Shown here one piece after another: positions 63,959 through 64,000 of a stretch of 64,000 nt of DNA. Made by a program: the position numbers and the translations under genes. Position 1 is the stretch's first letter. Each line of letters opens with the position of its first letter. Origin of the DNA: a virus; the IMG/VR virus record IMGVR_UViG_3300027917_000038, positions 1 through 64,000 of that record; one strand, written 5' to 3'. The notes beneath the pieces are model-generated. The model saw only the letters and a program-made list of their open reading frames with translations. It did not search any database and was not told the DNA's origin.

Positions 63959-64000
63959 AATTCATTCATAAAGTATTTCTTACAGCAAGATCTAAAGAAG

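Noticed and set aside
1-64000. Stop-codon reassignment
   Set aside because: Long genes are intact and tightly coupled under the standard code, with TAA, TAG and TGA all used as stops

Overview
AT-rich 64 kb segment of a large tailed dsDNA virus (Caudoviricetes, contractile-tail myovirus). The host is most likely an archaeon: there are BRE/TATA promoters, T-tract terminators, an AEP primase, an ERCC4/XPF nuclease and a virus-encoded ribosomal protein eS30, which points to TACK or Asgard archaea. Layout: (i) 1-9.6 kb (+) replication/recombination genes; (ii) 9.6-18.2 kb glycan synthesis and modification cluster; (iii) 18.2-42.9 kb (-) morphogenesis module from tail fibre to terminase; (iv) 42.9-44.5 kb control region with G-string direct repeats and an extreme GATC island; (v) 44.5-64 kb mostly (+) early/accessory region. 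The best candidate for a new system is an 830-aa TnpB/Cas12-like protein with a degenerate RuvC (47382-49874) and no transposase or CRISPR array in the window. Nearby lie several unannotated structured RNAs: two tRNA-mimics whose anticodon arm is replaced by a long insert carrying a shared motif, an anticodon-loop-variant tRNA-Ile, a multi-hairpin RNA behind a DIP1984-like gene, and a long pseudoknot RNA. All protein family calls come from motif recognition by eye; no searches were run.
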